40,785 bases of DNA from an uncultured Clostridia bacterium (lineage in GTDB: Bacteria > Bacillota > Clostridia > UMGS1840), in the NCBI GenBank assembly GCA_938044725.1, contig CALIOW010000091.1, forward strand, positions 1-40,785, written 5' to 3'. Under the pieces are notes generated by a model that saw only the letters and a list, made by a program, of their open reading frames with translations, made no database searches and was not told the origin of the DNA. Positions 8,328-16,725 of the stretch are shown one piece after another. A program made the position numbers and the translations under genes. Numbering within the stretch: position 1 is the stretch's first letter; each line of letters starts with the position of its first letter.

Positions 8328-9532
8328 AATAACACGCCTGAAAAGATATGGGATTCGCTTATTGACGAAAAGCTGTTTTCTATGGGACAGCCTACATTTT
8401 ACGGGGAAAACTCTTGTATAAACACACTTTTGGAAAAAGGCACAACTTTAGAAGAAGCAAAGCATTTTTCTAACAATTCGTACATGGGAATAAGTATAAC
8501 GGGAAATGAATTTAACAGTATGTGGGGCTGTGTATTTTCGGTTTCGGCCGTATTGGAAACGGCAATGAATTGCGGAAAAACTTTAAATTCGGATGATGTA
8601 TTTGTTCCTGATATAACTGTTCCGCATAATACAGATGAATTGTTCGAAAATTTTGAAAAATGCGCAAAACATTTACTTGATATATGCGTAAAATCTTATG
8701 AAAAACGTGCGGAAATCACTGAAAAAACACTTCCCGATCCGTTTGTTTCGCTGCTAACGCCGGGATGTATCGAAAAGCATTGCGACAGAATAATCGGGGT
8801 GAAATACCAAAATGTAACATTTGAATGTATGGGAATGGTAAACGTTTCCGACGGAATATATGCGGCAGACCGCTTGGTATTTAAAGATAAAAAATACACA
8901 ATTGATGAAATAAGTACAGCTGTAAGAAATAATTTCAGCGGTTTAAAAATCTGCAAAATGACATAAAAGGATGTTTAAAATTCGGTGAAAATTCTGAGGC
9001 TGATAAATATGCGGTGCGGTTGGCGGAAATTCTCCAAAAACTGATACGCGGATTTGACCACGACAATCTGTATTATTCGCCGTCGCTTCATACGCTTGAT
9101 TCAAATGTGGGATATGGTGCAGAGTATGGCGCAGGCTATGACGGACGTTGCGCCGGAGAGCCTTTTGCCAAGAACGCGGGTGCGTCAAATGAGGTAAGAA
9201 CTTCTGCTCCCACCTCAATGATATTGTCATCTTCAAAGCTTCCGCAGTATAAATTTTTCGGAGGACAGCCGATAGACGTTAGTTTCAGCCCGGATATGGT
9301 GCGAAATCATAAAAAGGAAATCAGAACGCTTATAGAAGTTTATATGGAACGCGGCGGTTTACAGTTTCAAGTTAATTCCGTTTCTTCAAAGCTTTTGCGT
9401 GCCGCAATGGGAAATCCCGAAAAATATCCGAATTTGGTTGTAAGAATAGGCGGATACAGTATTTACTTTAATAATATATCGAAAGAATCTCAAAAAGAGT
9501 TTATAGAAAGATTTGAAAAGGAGGGCTATTAA
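8328..9532 (+). pseudogene. Glycyl radical enzyme (PFL-like) remnant: 5'-truncated, frameshifted, catalytic loop degenerate
   Basis: The C-terminal ORF has the glycyl-radical fingerprint NLVVRIGGYSIYF plus GRCAGEPFAKNAGAS and GGLQFQVN. The upstream piece (frame 3, from about 8334: TPEKIWDSLIDEKLFSMGQPTFYGEN...) stops at 8966. The reading frame continues in frame 2 from about 8942 (KNLQNDIKGCLKFGENSEADKYAV), implying a 1-nt loss in the T/A run near 8942-8947. About 400 N-terminal residues are absent. The position expected to hold GC[VM]E reads GISI. Confidence 0.75.
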
Positions 9533-9536
9533 TATA

Positions 9537-10433
9537 ATGAACCTGACAAGAATTTTTTCGGGCGGCGACCCGTTTTTGATGAGGCATAACGGAAAATACT
9601 ACATATATTGCACAACCGAAAACAGTGAAAAATTGCAGTCTCCGAATGCGTTTAATACGGAAAAGGACGGTCGGGACGGCTTTTATGTTTACCAATCGGA
9701 GGATTTGGTTCATTGGGGAAATAAAGGATTATGCCTTTCAAAAGAAAATGTAATCGGAGACAAATGGTTTTGGGCGCCTGAGGTATCATATTATAACGGG
9801 AAGTTTTATATGGTATACTCTGCGAATGAACATCCCGCAATAGCTGTTTCGGATAGTCCTACAGGTCCGTTTGAAAAACATTCCGACGGTTGGCTGTGTG
9901 AGGAGCCTGCGATAGACGGACATCTTTTGTTTGACGAAAGCGGTATATATTTATATTATGTAAAGCTTGAAAAAGGAAACCGTATATTTGTTGCAAAAAT
10001 GTCAGATGACTTAAAACGAATAGAGCATGAATATGAAAATGTGCTGATTCAAGCTGAAGAAAAATGGGAAACAATTGATTCTTTGGTTGCGGAAGGGCCG
10101 TTCGTTATAAAGCATAACGGATTGTATTATCTTTCTTATTCATGCAATCATACACGCTCGGAGGATTATGCCGTCGGATATGCTGTTGCGGATAATCCTA
10201 TAGGTCCCTTCAAAAAGTATAAGTATAACCCTATACTGAAGAAAAAAGGAAACGTTGTCGGCGTTGGACATAACAGCTATATGCCGACAGATGATAAAAA
10301 TAAATTTATCTGCGCTTATCATTGCCACAATGATAATTGCGATAATTTCAAACCGCGTATGGTTTGCTTATGCGAAGCGAAATTTGAAAAAGACAGCAAT
10401 ACCGATATTGATGTACTGAAAATGTATTATTAA
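9537..10433 (+). CDS. GH43-family glycoside hydrolase (beta-xylosidase / alpha-L-arabinofuranosidase type), cytoplasmic
   Basis: AAGGAGGG at 9518-9525 precedes the ATG at 9537. Five-bladed-propeller GH43 motifs seen: GGDPFLMRHNGKYYIYCT (catalytic-base Asp), WFWAPEVSYYNGKFYMVYS and AEGPFVIKHNGLYYLSYS (acid Glu). No signal peptide. Confidence 0.85.
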   Translation: MNLTRIFSGGDPFLMRHNGKYYIYCTTENSEKLQSPNAFNTEKDGRDGFYVYQSEDLVHWGNKGLCLSKENVIGDKWFWAPEVSYYNGKFYMVYSANEHPAIAVSDSPTGPFEKHSDGWLCEEPAIDGHLLFDESGIYLYYVKLEKGNRIFVAKMSDDLKRIEHEYENVLIQAEEKWETIDSLVAEGPFVIKHNGLYYLSYSCNHTRSEDYAVGYAVADNPIGPFKKYKYNPILKKKGNVVGVGHNSYMPTDDKNKFICAYHCHNDNCDNFKPRMVCLCEAKFEKDSNTDIDVLKMYY

Positions 10434-10687
10434 ATTTAAGGTAAGCACAGCGCATGAAATTTTATATATGTACAATTATTCGTCCAATCCGTTAAATTTG
10501 AGATTATTTGAAATAAAAAGTCTTGCAAAAGCATTAAATTGTTCAATTTTTGATTTAATAAATGACGAATAAGCGTTGTCTTACAATGTTTTTCAAGCTA
10601 AAATTTGGGTCATATTTTGCGAAGTGCCCGTGATTACCCTACGATTGAGTTATTGTCTGCAAAGATTTCATTTTAGACAAATTCAAT

Positions 10688-10954
10688 TCAAGTGTTTTCG
10701 ACAAGCTTCTGCTTCTTTTGAACAATATCATTTTTAAAGTCGTAAACCCAATCTGTTGTATCTGATAAGAGACTTGCATATCTTTCAATAATTTTCTCTG
10801 AATATAATTCGGGATTTTCTTGTATTCGTTTAAGATAGTTTGTGAACCATTCATTAACTTTACCGCTATACTGTACGGCAAATTCGCCTGCTCCGTTTTT
10901 TGTTTCAATCGCAAGGTCGACAAGAGCCTTATGTTTAAGGTTTAGTATTGAAGT
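10688..10954 (-). pseudogene. Start-less 3' fragment of an unidentified gene (remnant)
   Basis: One minus-strand frame reads ...LKHKALVDLAIETKNGAGEFAVQYSGKVNEWFTNYLKRIQENPELYSEKIIERYASLLSDTTDWVYDFKNDIVQKKQKLVENT* with balanced composition but no ATG/GTG/TTG and no RBS. An adjacent frame-shifted piece lies upstream. This is a different frame from tracked ORF 10639..10923. Confidence 0.3.
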
Positions 10955-11085
10955 TCAAGCTGGGTTGGAATTAATAAGGCAATACTTTTTAATCTGAATT
11001 TCGTGTCATCTTTTGTTAAAAAAAGCTTAAAATAGGCTAAAAAATGTCAAAATTTAGTAAAAATTATTTTAGTAAAAAGATAAGC

Positions 11086-11129
11086 AAAAACCGCATGGTT
11101 AATGACTTTTCAGTAACCATGCGGTTTTT
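11086..11129 (-). terminator. Rho-independent terminator of tRNA-Pro
   Basis: 16-bp perfect stem AAAAACCGCATGGTTA / TAACCATGCGGTTTTT with a 12-nt loop, placed 5 nt past the tRNA 3' end. On the minus strand it is followed by TTTTTGCTT. Confidence 0.8.
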
Positions 11130-11133
11130 AATG

Positions 11134-11210
11134 TGGTCGAGGCGACAGGACTTGAACCTGCGGCATCATGCTCCCAAAGCATGCACTCTACCAAACTGAG
11201 CTACGCCTCG
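11134..11210 (-). tRNA. tRNA-Pro (anticodon UGG), encoded CCA end
   Basis: The reverse complement folds by hand into a cloverleaf. Acceptor CGAGGCG / CGCCTCG. D arm GCTC-AGTTTGGTA-GAGT. Anticodon stem CATGC / GCATG with loop TT-TGG-GA and G37. T arm GCAGG-TTCAAGT-CCTGT. Discriminator A followed by CCA. Confidence 0.9.
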
Positions 11211-11225
11211 AAACAACACTAATGT

Positions 11226-11254
11226 ATTATACACTAATATTTTGATTTTGTCAA
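11226..11254 (-). promoter_or_regulatory. Promoter of tRNA-Pro: TTGACA, 17 bp spacer, TATAAT
   Basis: On the minus strand there is an exact TTGACA (11254-11249), a 17-nt spacer and an exact TATAAT (11231-11226). The -10 ends about 15 nt upstream of the mature tRNA 5' end. Confidence 0.7.
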
Positions 11255-11296
11255 TACATTTTTATGAAAAATAATAGATTAAATTTCCAAAAACAG

Positions 11297-11325
11297 TTTA
11301 CAAATTTTTAAAAATATGGTATAAT
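11297..11325 (+). promoter_or_regulatory. Promoter of the metallophosphoesterase pair: TTTACA, 17 bp spacer, TGgTATAAT
   Basis: TTTACA at 11297-11302, a 17-nt spacer ending in TGg, and TATAAT at 11320-11325. It lies 30 nt upstream of the CDS start. Confidence 0.6.
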
Positions 11326-11355
11326 GTGAAAAATATTAAATTGGAGCGGATTATT

Positions 11356-12324
11356 ATGAGTATAAAAAAATGCTATGAGAACGAGCTTCGGGATACGGTA
11401 CAAAAAATCAAAAAAGCGGGCGGCAATTTTGTTTTTGCGGTTGTTACGGACACACATCTTGATAATTCTTTGCCCGAAACTCTCAAGAACATAAAGGCGG
11501 CGGACGAAGAACTTAATTTCAGATTTTTGGCTCATTTGGGCGATTTTCTAAACGGAAATATTCCCAAAAAATATACGGAAGAAATTTTCGCACAGCAAAT
11601 GAAAAGCTTTATAAATTCCGTGAAATCAAAGGAGTTTTATCCGACGCAGGGTAATCATGACGGCTTTTGCGATTTGGAAAACTGTGTGAATGATATGGCA
11701 ACAGACGAGGTTTGGTATCGTGCAACAAAGTTTTTAAGCCGTTATCCGAATGTACATAGGAAAAATATTGACCCGTATTATTATGCGGATTTTCCCGATG
11801 AGAAAATTCGTCTTGTTTTTATATGCGCATTTAATTATGAATATTCACCCGAAGGAGTTTTTAAAAAGATTTACGGTATAAAAAAGGAGCAGATTGAATG
11901 GCTTTCAAATGAAGCGTTAAACGTTTCAAACGATTGGACTGTCATGTTTTTTTCACATTATGTTCCTTTCGGCAGTTTTAATTCCGAGGGCGGCGTTGAT
12001 GATGATGTTCTGGAAAAAAGCGAAGAGTTTCAAACGGTTTTAAAAGCAAAAGAAAAACACGGCTTTAGTGTTCCTATTTGGTTTGCGGGCGACTTGCACG
12101 GAGATTATGCAAATAAAATATGCGGTATAAACTGCGTAATAACCGCGTCCGAAACTGCATACGTACCACAACTTTGGAAAATGCCCGCACTCGGATATTA
12201 TCCGAAACGTGAGCTTAACACGGTGAGCGAGGATTTATGGGAAGCCGTATCTCTTAATACAAAAAAACGCAAAATTTCGCTTATACGCTTCGGTGCGGGC
12301 GAAGACAGAATTTTGACATATTAG
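11356..12324 (+). CDS. Calcineurin-like metallophosphoesterase, motifs intact, cytoplasmic
   Basis: GGAG at 11343-11346 precedes the ATG at 11356; the track's GTG at 11326 sits directly on the -10 box. MPE motifs seen: VVTDTHLD (DxH), HLGDFLNGN (GD), QGNHDG (GNHD), FFSHYVP (H) and AGDLHGD. Confidence 0.8.
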   Translation: MSIKKCYENELRDTVQKIKKAGGNFVFAVVTDTHLDNSLPETLKNIKAADEELNFRFLAHLGDFLNGNIPKKYTEEIFAQQMKSFINSVKSKEFYPTQGNHDGFCDLENCVNDMATDEVWYRATKFLSRYPNVHRKNIDPYYYADFPDEKIRLVFICAFNYEYSPEGVFKKIYGIKKEQIEWLSNEALNVSNDWTVMFFSHYVPFGSFNSEGGVDDDVLEKSEEFQTVLKAKEKHGFSVPIWFAGDLHGDYANKICGINCVITASETAYVPQLWKMPALGYYPKRELNTVSEDLWEAVSLNTKKRKISLIRFGAGEDRILTY

Positions 12325-12337
12325 GAGGATTGATGCC

Positions 12338-13315
12338 ATGGAAAAGTATTTTATAAACGAAGCAAAGAAAACAATAAAAGCTATAAAAGAAAATTACGAA
12401 AACGGCGACATATGCTTTGCACTTTTGACGGATTCGCATTTAACCGATACGGGAGACATAACACGTGAAAACATTTCATATGTTGACGAGGCTGTCGGCT
12501 TTGATTTTGTTGCGCATTTGGGCGGAATTACAAACGGAAACAATCCTAAAAATATTACGATTCAGCTTTTAAAAAGTGAATTTTCAAAATATGAAAACAG
12601 TATAAAAAATAAACGGCTTTTTGTCGTTCCCGGTGAGAAAGACGGCTGGCGTGACGAACGCTATACGGGACAGCTTGCGCTTAATATGATGACGGATGAA
12701 GTTTGGTATAAAGCGACGGCTTATCTGCAAAAATACCCTTTTATACAGCGTATAAAAAACAAACCGTATTTCTATGCAGATATCCCCGATAAAAACACAA
12801 GACTCATTTTTATGTCGTCATATTTTACGCAAATTGATGAAAAATCCGAGCTTTTCCAAAAAAATCGTATGTTTGAAATTTCAGAGCTTTCGTGGCTGAA
12901 AAACGAAGCTCTTAACTTAAAAGAGGGGAGTACGGCGCTTATATTTTCAAATGCGCTACCAATGACGAAATACGAAACGGGAAACGCTCCTTTTGTTTAT
13001 AACGGTTATTCCACCGAGCAGACAATCGCAATTGTTCAGCAGGCGAAAAACAGGGGAATAAACGTAGGCGGCTGGTTTTCGGGATATTACAACTGCGATG
13101 CGGAGGACAAAACGGCAGATATTAATTTTATACTTACTGCGTCGTTATCTCCGAATTTGGAATCGTATTCAAAATCAAAAGACGTAAGAAAAATAACGGA
13201 CAGAAAAAAAGAAAAAAATCAGGATTTGTGGGACGCTGTTCTTGTAAAGCAGAATGAGAAACGCATATATATTTATCGTTTCGGCGCAGGAAAAGACAGA
13301 GTGATTGAATATTAA
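12338..13315 (+). CDS. Metallophosphoesterase-fold paralogue with degenerate metal-binding motifs (probable pseudoenzyme)
   Basis: AGGAGG at 12323-12328 precedes the ATG at 12338. It is collinear with the upstream paralogue (shared DEVWY.AT, PYYYAD/PYFYAD, RFGAG.DR). The motifs read LLTDSHL (kept), HLGGITNGN (D lost), PGEKDG (GNHD lost) and IFSNALP (H lost), and no GHxH-like box is present. Confidence 0.75.
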   Translation: MEKYFINEAKKTIKAIKENYENGDICFALLTDSHLTDTGDITRENISYVDEAVGFDFVAHLGGITNGNNPKNITIQLLKSEFSKYENSIKNKRLFVVPGEKDGWRDERYTGQLALNMMTDEVWYKATAYLQKYPFIQRIKNKPYFYADIPDKNTRLIFMSSYFTQIDEKSELFQKNRMFEISELSWLKNEALNLKEGSTALIFSNALPMTKYETGNAPFVYNGYSTEQTIAIVQQAKNRGINVGGWFSGYYNCDAEDKTADINFILTASLSPNLESYSKSKDVRKITDRKKEKNQDLWDAVLVKQNEKRIYIYRFGAGKDRVIEY

Positions 13316-13338
13316 AAACGGGGCAAAAGCCCCGTTTT
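13316..13338. terminator. Bidirectional terminator between convergent genes
   Basis: AAAACGGGGC-AAAA-GCCCCGTTTT is a perfect GC-rich stem flanked by an A-run and a T-run. It sits between the stop of CDS 12338..13315 and the stop of the minus-strand kinase. Confidence 0.8.
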
Positions 13339-15073
13339 AAATTGGAAATTTCATATTTACCGTAAGCCCTTTTTTGGGGAGACTGTTTTGGACGGTTATT
13401 CCGCACGGACGTCCGTACATCAGCACAATTCTTGCATTAATATTGTTAAGCCCTATGTGTGTTTCGGGAATATCCGTATCTTTTTTGAAAAGCGCATTCA
13501 GCTCATCGGTGGTTTTTTGCGTTATTTCGGAGCAGTTATCGCATACCGAAATAACAAAATATTTTCCCGCGGGGTGTGCCGATATTGTTATTTCGGGCGT
13601 ACCCTCCGCCGTGCTTATTCCGTATTTGAAGCAGTTTTCCAAAACAGGCTGAATACACATTTTTGTAACCTGCTTGCCGTAAAGACTGCCGTCAATATCC
13701 CATGCAACCTTAAACGTATCGCCGTTTCTTGCGCGCATTATTTTCAAATATTCTTCCGTCATGCTTTTTTCTTCCGAAAGCGTTACTGTCATGGTTTCGG
13801 TTTTCAGATAGTATCTCATAAGCTTTGAAAGCGAGAGTATTGCCGACGAAAACAGCTGTTTATCCGCCTTTTTGTCAAGCGACATCATGTAAAGCATATT
13901 GAGTGTGTTAAATATAAAATGCGGATTCATTTGCCATTGCAGCGCCTTAAGCTGTGCATATTCAAAAATTTTCGTCTTTTTTTGAAGCTCGGATTTGAGC
14001 GTGTCGTTTGTCGTAACCATAGACAAAATACTCTGCGCAATTTTTCTTGTTGTTTCATCATTTTCAAGATAATTTTTTGAAATTTCTGAAGTAGGCTGCT
14101 CCAGAATTTCCGCAATTTCACGAATGGGGCGGTAGCTCGAATCGGTATACAGAAGAACCATAAATGCCGAAAATACAAGCACAGCCAAAACGCAGAAAAT
14201 CAGTATAAGATAAGTAAAAAAGTTTGTTCTCTTATAGTCGGGGAGTTCTTCGACAATACCGTACGAAAAATCACCGTATTGGGATTTCATGCTCGATACG
14301 GCATAATATTTACCCTTGTTTTTTATTACATCGCTTTTATTGGGCGATTTATTGAGAAGCGACATAAGCTCAGCCGATGAAAGCTCCGTATCGCTTTGAT
14401 ATTCGATTTTATTTGTTTTGTTATTGAAAAAGATAATTTTGTCCGTACCCTCATTTTTGTAAAGACTTAAATGCTGCGCCAAATCTATATTTATAACGCC
14501 TGTAATATTTCTTTCGCCTGTGTTTATTGTGTATGTGAAGCTTAAAACATTACCGTAGCTCGGCATAAATCTCGAAAAAACGCATACCTTGCCGTCAGAG
14601 CCTTGGAAATTTTCATCATCGAGCCAGCCGAGGTCTTCAAAAGACGCAACACTTGTTGTACCGTTCGTTGTGATGATATAATCCCGATACGGGCTGTAAA
14701 GATATATTGAATTAACGGAATTTACCAAAGATGTGCCGATATTAAGCGTTTCCTTAAGCTCGGTAAGCTTTTTTAAAAGAAATTCTTCATTTAGACTTTT
14801 TTTTGAAAACATCGTGGCATTTCCCGAGATTATGATTTTACCGAGCTGAACATAGTAGGTGGAAAAAAATTCTTCACTTAAATTATGAATATTCTGTATG
14901 CTTTTGTCAACATTTTCAATCGATTTATCACGCTGATTTTTAAGATTGCTCCAGCCGATTAAAACCATAAGAAAAATGATAACTACAAGAAAGCACCCCG
15001 TTATAAGAAGTGCGTTTTTAAAGAAAAAATATCCGTTTTTCTTAATTTCTTTTATGCTGAACTTTATATCCAT
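13337..15073 (-). CDS. Sensor histidine kinase, YesM/LytS type (two TM segments with a large extracellular sensor domain)
   Basis: An N-terminal TM segment (LLITGCFLVVIIFLMVLIGW) and a second TM segment (FTYLILIFCVLAVLVFSAFMVLL) bracket about 240 aa. H-box QMNPHFIFNTLN. ATPase region ENCFKYG...HIGLNNINARI. Confidence 0.85.
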   Translation of the reverse strand: MDIKFSIKEIKKNGYFFFKNALLITGCFLVVIIFLMVLIGWSNLKNQRDKSIENVDKSIQNIHNLSEEFFSTYYVQLGKIIISGNATMFSKKSLNEEFLLKKLTELKETLNIGTSLVNSVNSIYLYSPYRDYIITTNGTTSVASFEDLGWLDDENFQGSDGKVCVFSRFMPSYGNVLSFTYTINTGERNITGVINIDLAQHLSLYKNEGTDKIIFFNNKTNKIEYQSDTELSSAELMSLLNKSPNKSDVIKNKGKYYAVSSMKSQYGDFSYGIVEELPDYKRTNFFTYLILIFCVLAVLVFSAFMVLLYTDSSYRPIREIAEILEQPTSEISKNYLENDETTRKIAQSILSMVTTNDTLKSELQKKTKIFEYAQLKALQWQMNPHFIFNTLNMLYMMSLDKKADKQLFSSAILSLSKLMRYYLKTETMTVTLSEEKSMTEEYLKIMRARNGDTFKVAWDIDGSLYGKQVTKMCIQPVLENCFKYGISTAEGTPEITISAHPAGKYFVISVCDNCSEITQKTTDELNALFKKDTDIPETHIGLNNINARIVLMYGRPCGITVQNSLPKKGLTVNMKFPI

Positions 15074-15075
15074 AG

Positions 15076-16467
15076 CTATTCTTCAACTTTCTTTCCGAGT
15101 ACGTTTTGAATATAATCTTTAGGCGTATATCCCGTATAAAGCTTAAATACTCTGAAAAAATATTTTGTGTTTTCGTAGCCGACTTTTTCGGCAATTTCAT
15201 ATATTTTATATTTGTTTTCCTTAAGCATTTCCTTTGCCTTTTCCATTCGCACCTCCAAAAGATAATCGTTATACGTTTTTCCCGTATATTGTTTGAAATT
15301 CCTTGCGAAGTATGCAGGGGAGAAAAAGACCACACGTGCTGCATCCTCTCTGGAAATGTTTTTGTTGTAATTCTTTTTGATGTACGAAACAGCCTTTTCC
15401 ATAATATCCTTTTTACTGTTTGAACCGCTTTGAATATTGTTTATTATATCAGAAAGAATATCCTCCTCCGAAACATCAAAACTGCCGCCGTAATTAAGAA
15501 GCTTAAAATAAGCAAGCGCATTGTCATTGCCCGACATTTTCACGCTTTTTATAATTCGCTTTGCTTCATCATATTTCTTTTCCGAAATGTAAGATGAGGT
15601 TATGAGAGCCTTTTCTTTAACATTAACCTCTTTGTTTTTACTTCCGATAAGCTCATACAAATCGGAAAATCCCGAATCCTTCCGCAAAACCTTAATCGGA
15701 AGCTTTAAAATATTGTTTATCCTGTCCGCAATGTTGTCATAATTTATTTTTTCATCATTCGTTCTGAAAATCAGATATTCAAAAAAACCGTTTTCTTTTC
15801 TTATGCAGTAAATATAGGCGGAATCGATAAATCCCGAAACGAGGTTGTCAATCGCCGTGTTAAGAGAATCCTTTGTATAGCCCCACTTTTTACCCAAAAA
15901 ATCGTCATAGCCCTCCAGAGATAGCTCTATAATATCGCATGGGGTTTTATCGAGCGGAAAGGGGATATGGAGCGATAGAGCGCTTTTTTCCGTTTCTTCC
16001 TTGCTTTCGGCATCACCGTAAACAAGGTTCAAAAAGAATTCTTCGATTTCCGCAGATTCGTTTCCGATAAACTGCGGACGTTTTATATGCTTTGCGTCAA
16101 GCTCTCTTAAAAAGTCCATAATAAGTTCGTCAAGCACGGAAAAATCAAACGGCTTAACAAAATATTGCCTGATTCCGGCTTCAATACCTCGTTTTGCGTA
16201 TTCAAATTCCTCATATCCGCTAATCAGAACGGATATGATTCCGAGATTATGCTTTTTTATATATTCCACAAGTTCAACACCCGAAACAAACGGCATTCTT
16301 ATATCGGTTATAAGTATGTCCGCACCTTTTTTCTTTATAATATCGAGTGCGTCTTTTCCGTCCGAAACCTCTATTATTTTCAAAATTCCATTGAATTTTT
16401 CTCTAAGGTGATTGCATAAAAAGCTTCTGGAATATTCTTCATCTTCCGCAGCAAGTAGTTTGTACAT
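15076..16467 (-). CDS. Response regulator with C-terminal AraC-type HTH (YesN-like)
   Basis: The receiver domain shows LLAAEDEE, ILITDIRMPFVSG and FVKPF. The C-terminal AraC HTH shows FSPAYFARNFKQYTGKTYNDYL...IAEKVGYENTKYFFRVFKLYTGYTPKDY. Its stop lies 2 nt before the kinase start. Confidence 0.85.
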   Translation of the reverse strand: MYKLLAAEDEEYSRSFLCNHLREKFNGILKIIEVSDGKDALDIIKKKGADILITDIRMPFVSGVELVEYIKKHNLGIISVLISGYEEFEYAKRGIEAGIRQYFVKPFDFSVLDELIMDFLRELDAKHIKRPQFIGNESAEIEEFFLNLVYGDAESKEETEKSALSLHIPFPLDKTPCDIIELSLEGYDDFLGKKWGYTKDSLNTAIDNLVSGFIDSAYIYCIRKENGFFEYLIFRTNDEKINYDNIADRINNILKLPIKVLRKDSGFSDLYELIGSKNKEVNVKEKALITSSYISEKKYDEAKRIIKSVKMSGNDNALAYFKLLNYGGSFDVSEEDILSDIINNIQSGSNSKKDIMEKAVSYIKKNYNKNISREDAARVVFFSPAYFARNFKQYTGKTYNDYLLEVRMEKAKEMLKENKYKIYEIAEKVGYENTKYFFRVFKLYTGYTPKDYIQNVLGKKVEE

Positions 16468-16498
16468 AACAAAACCTCATTTTTTCTTTCTTATTTAT

Positions 16499-16527
16499 AT
16501 TATACTGTATATTGTCAAATATTTCAA
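16499..16527 (-). promoter_or_regulatory. Putative promoter of the regulator-kinase operon: TTGAAA, 17 bp spacer, TATAAT
   Basis: The minus strand reads TTGAAA-tatttgacaatatacag-TATAAT. The -10 ends 32 nt upstream of the ATG, and a GAGG RBS lies between them. Confidence 0.45.
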
Positions 16528-16633
16528 GTATAATTTTGACGAAAAAGTATAATTTTAATACTTTTTTTATGAAATAAACGGAACAACTTACAAAACTTTA
16601 CTGTCTCTTTTGTATACGATTTCATTAAAGTTG

Positions 16634-16659
16634 TACCAAAAGTATACCAAAGTACCAAA
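16634..16659 (+). promoter_or_regulatory. Triple TACCAAA direct repeat, candidate operator for the AraC-type regulator
   Basis: TACCAAA occurs at 16634, 16645 and 16653, immediately upstream of the putative -35 of the ABC operon promoter. Confidence 0.3.
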
Positions 16660-16666
16660 TTTGAAC

Positions 16667-16695
16667 TTGTTATTTTAATGCTTTTGTGCTAAAAT
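16667..16695 (+). promoter_or_regulatory. Putative promoter of the ABC / surface-protein operon: TTGTTA, 17 bp spacer, TGcTAAAAT
   Basis: A -35-like TTGTTA, a 17-nt spacer ending in TGc, and a -10 TAAAAT. It lies 31 nt upstream of the ATG at 16726. Confidence 0.45.
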
Positions 16696-16725
16696 TATAT
16701 TATAAAGACAAAGGAGAGAGACAAA

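Noticed and set aside
9014-9532. Stand-alone GrcA/YfiD-like glycyl-radical cofactor gene
   Set aside because: It would need a GTG start with a poorly spaced GAGG. GRE homology clearly continues upstream in the same frame and then in a shifted frame. No PFL or activase gene is nearby. I treat it as the 3' part of a pseudogene, though expression cannot be excluded.
10639-10923. Tracked 94-aa minus-strand ORF
   Set aside because: It uses a non-ATG start with no RBS, and its product is low-complexity and basic. A different minus-strand frame (10688..10954) gives a more protein-like but start-less sequence. The region is therefore treated as gene remnants, not as a live gene.
13374-16419. Several tracked + strand ORFs (13374..13652, 13388..13828, 15106..15423, 16165..16419) inside the kinase and regulator genes
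   Set aside because: They are antisense shadows of two well-supported minus-strand genes. They have no RBS and no recognisable motifs.
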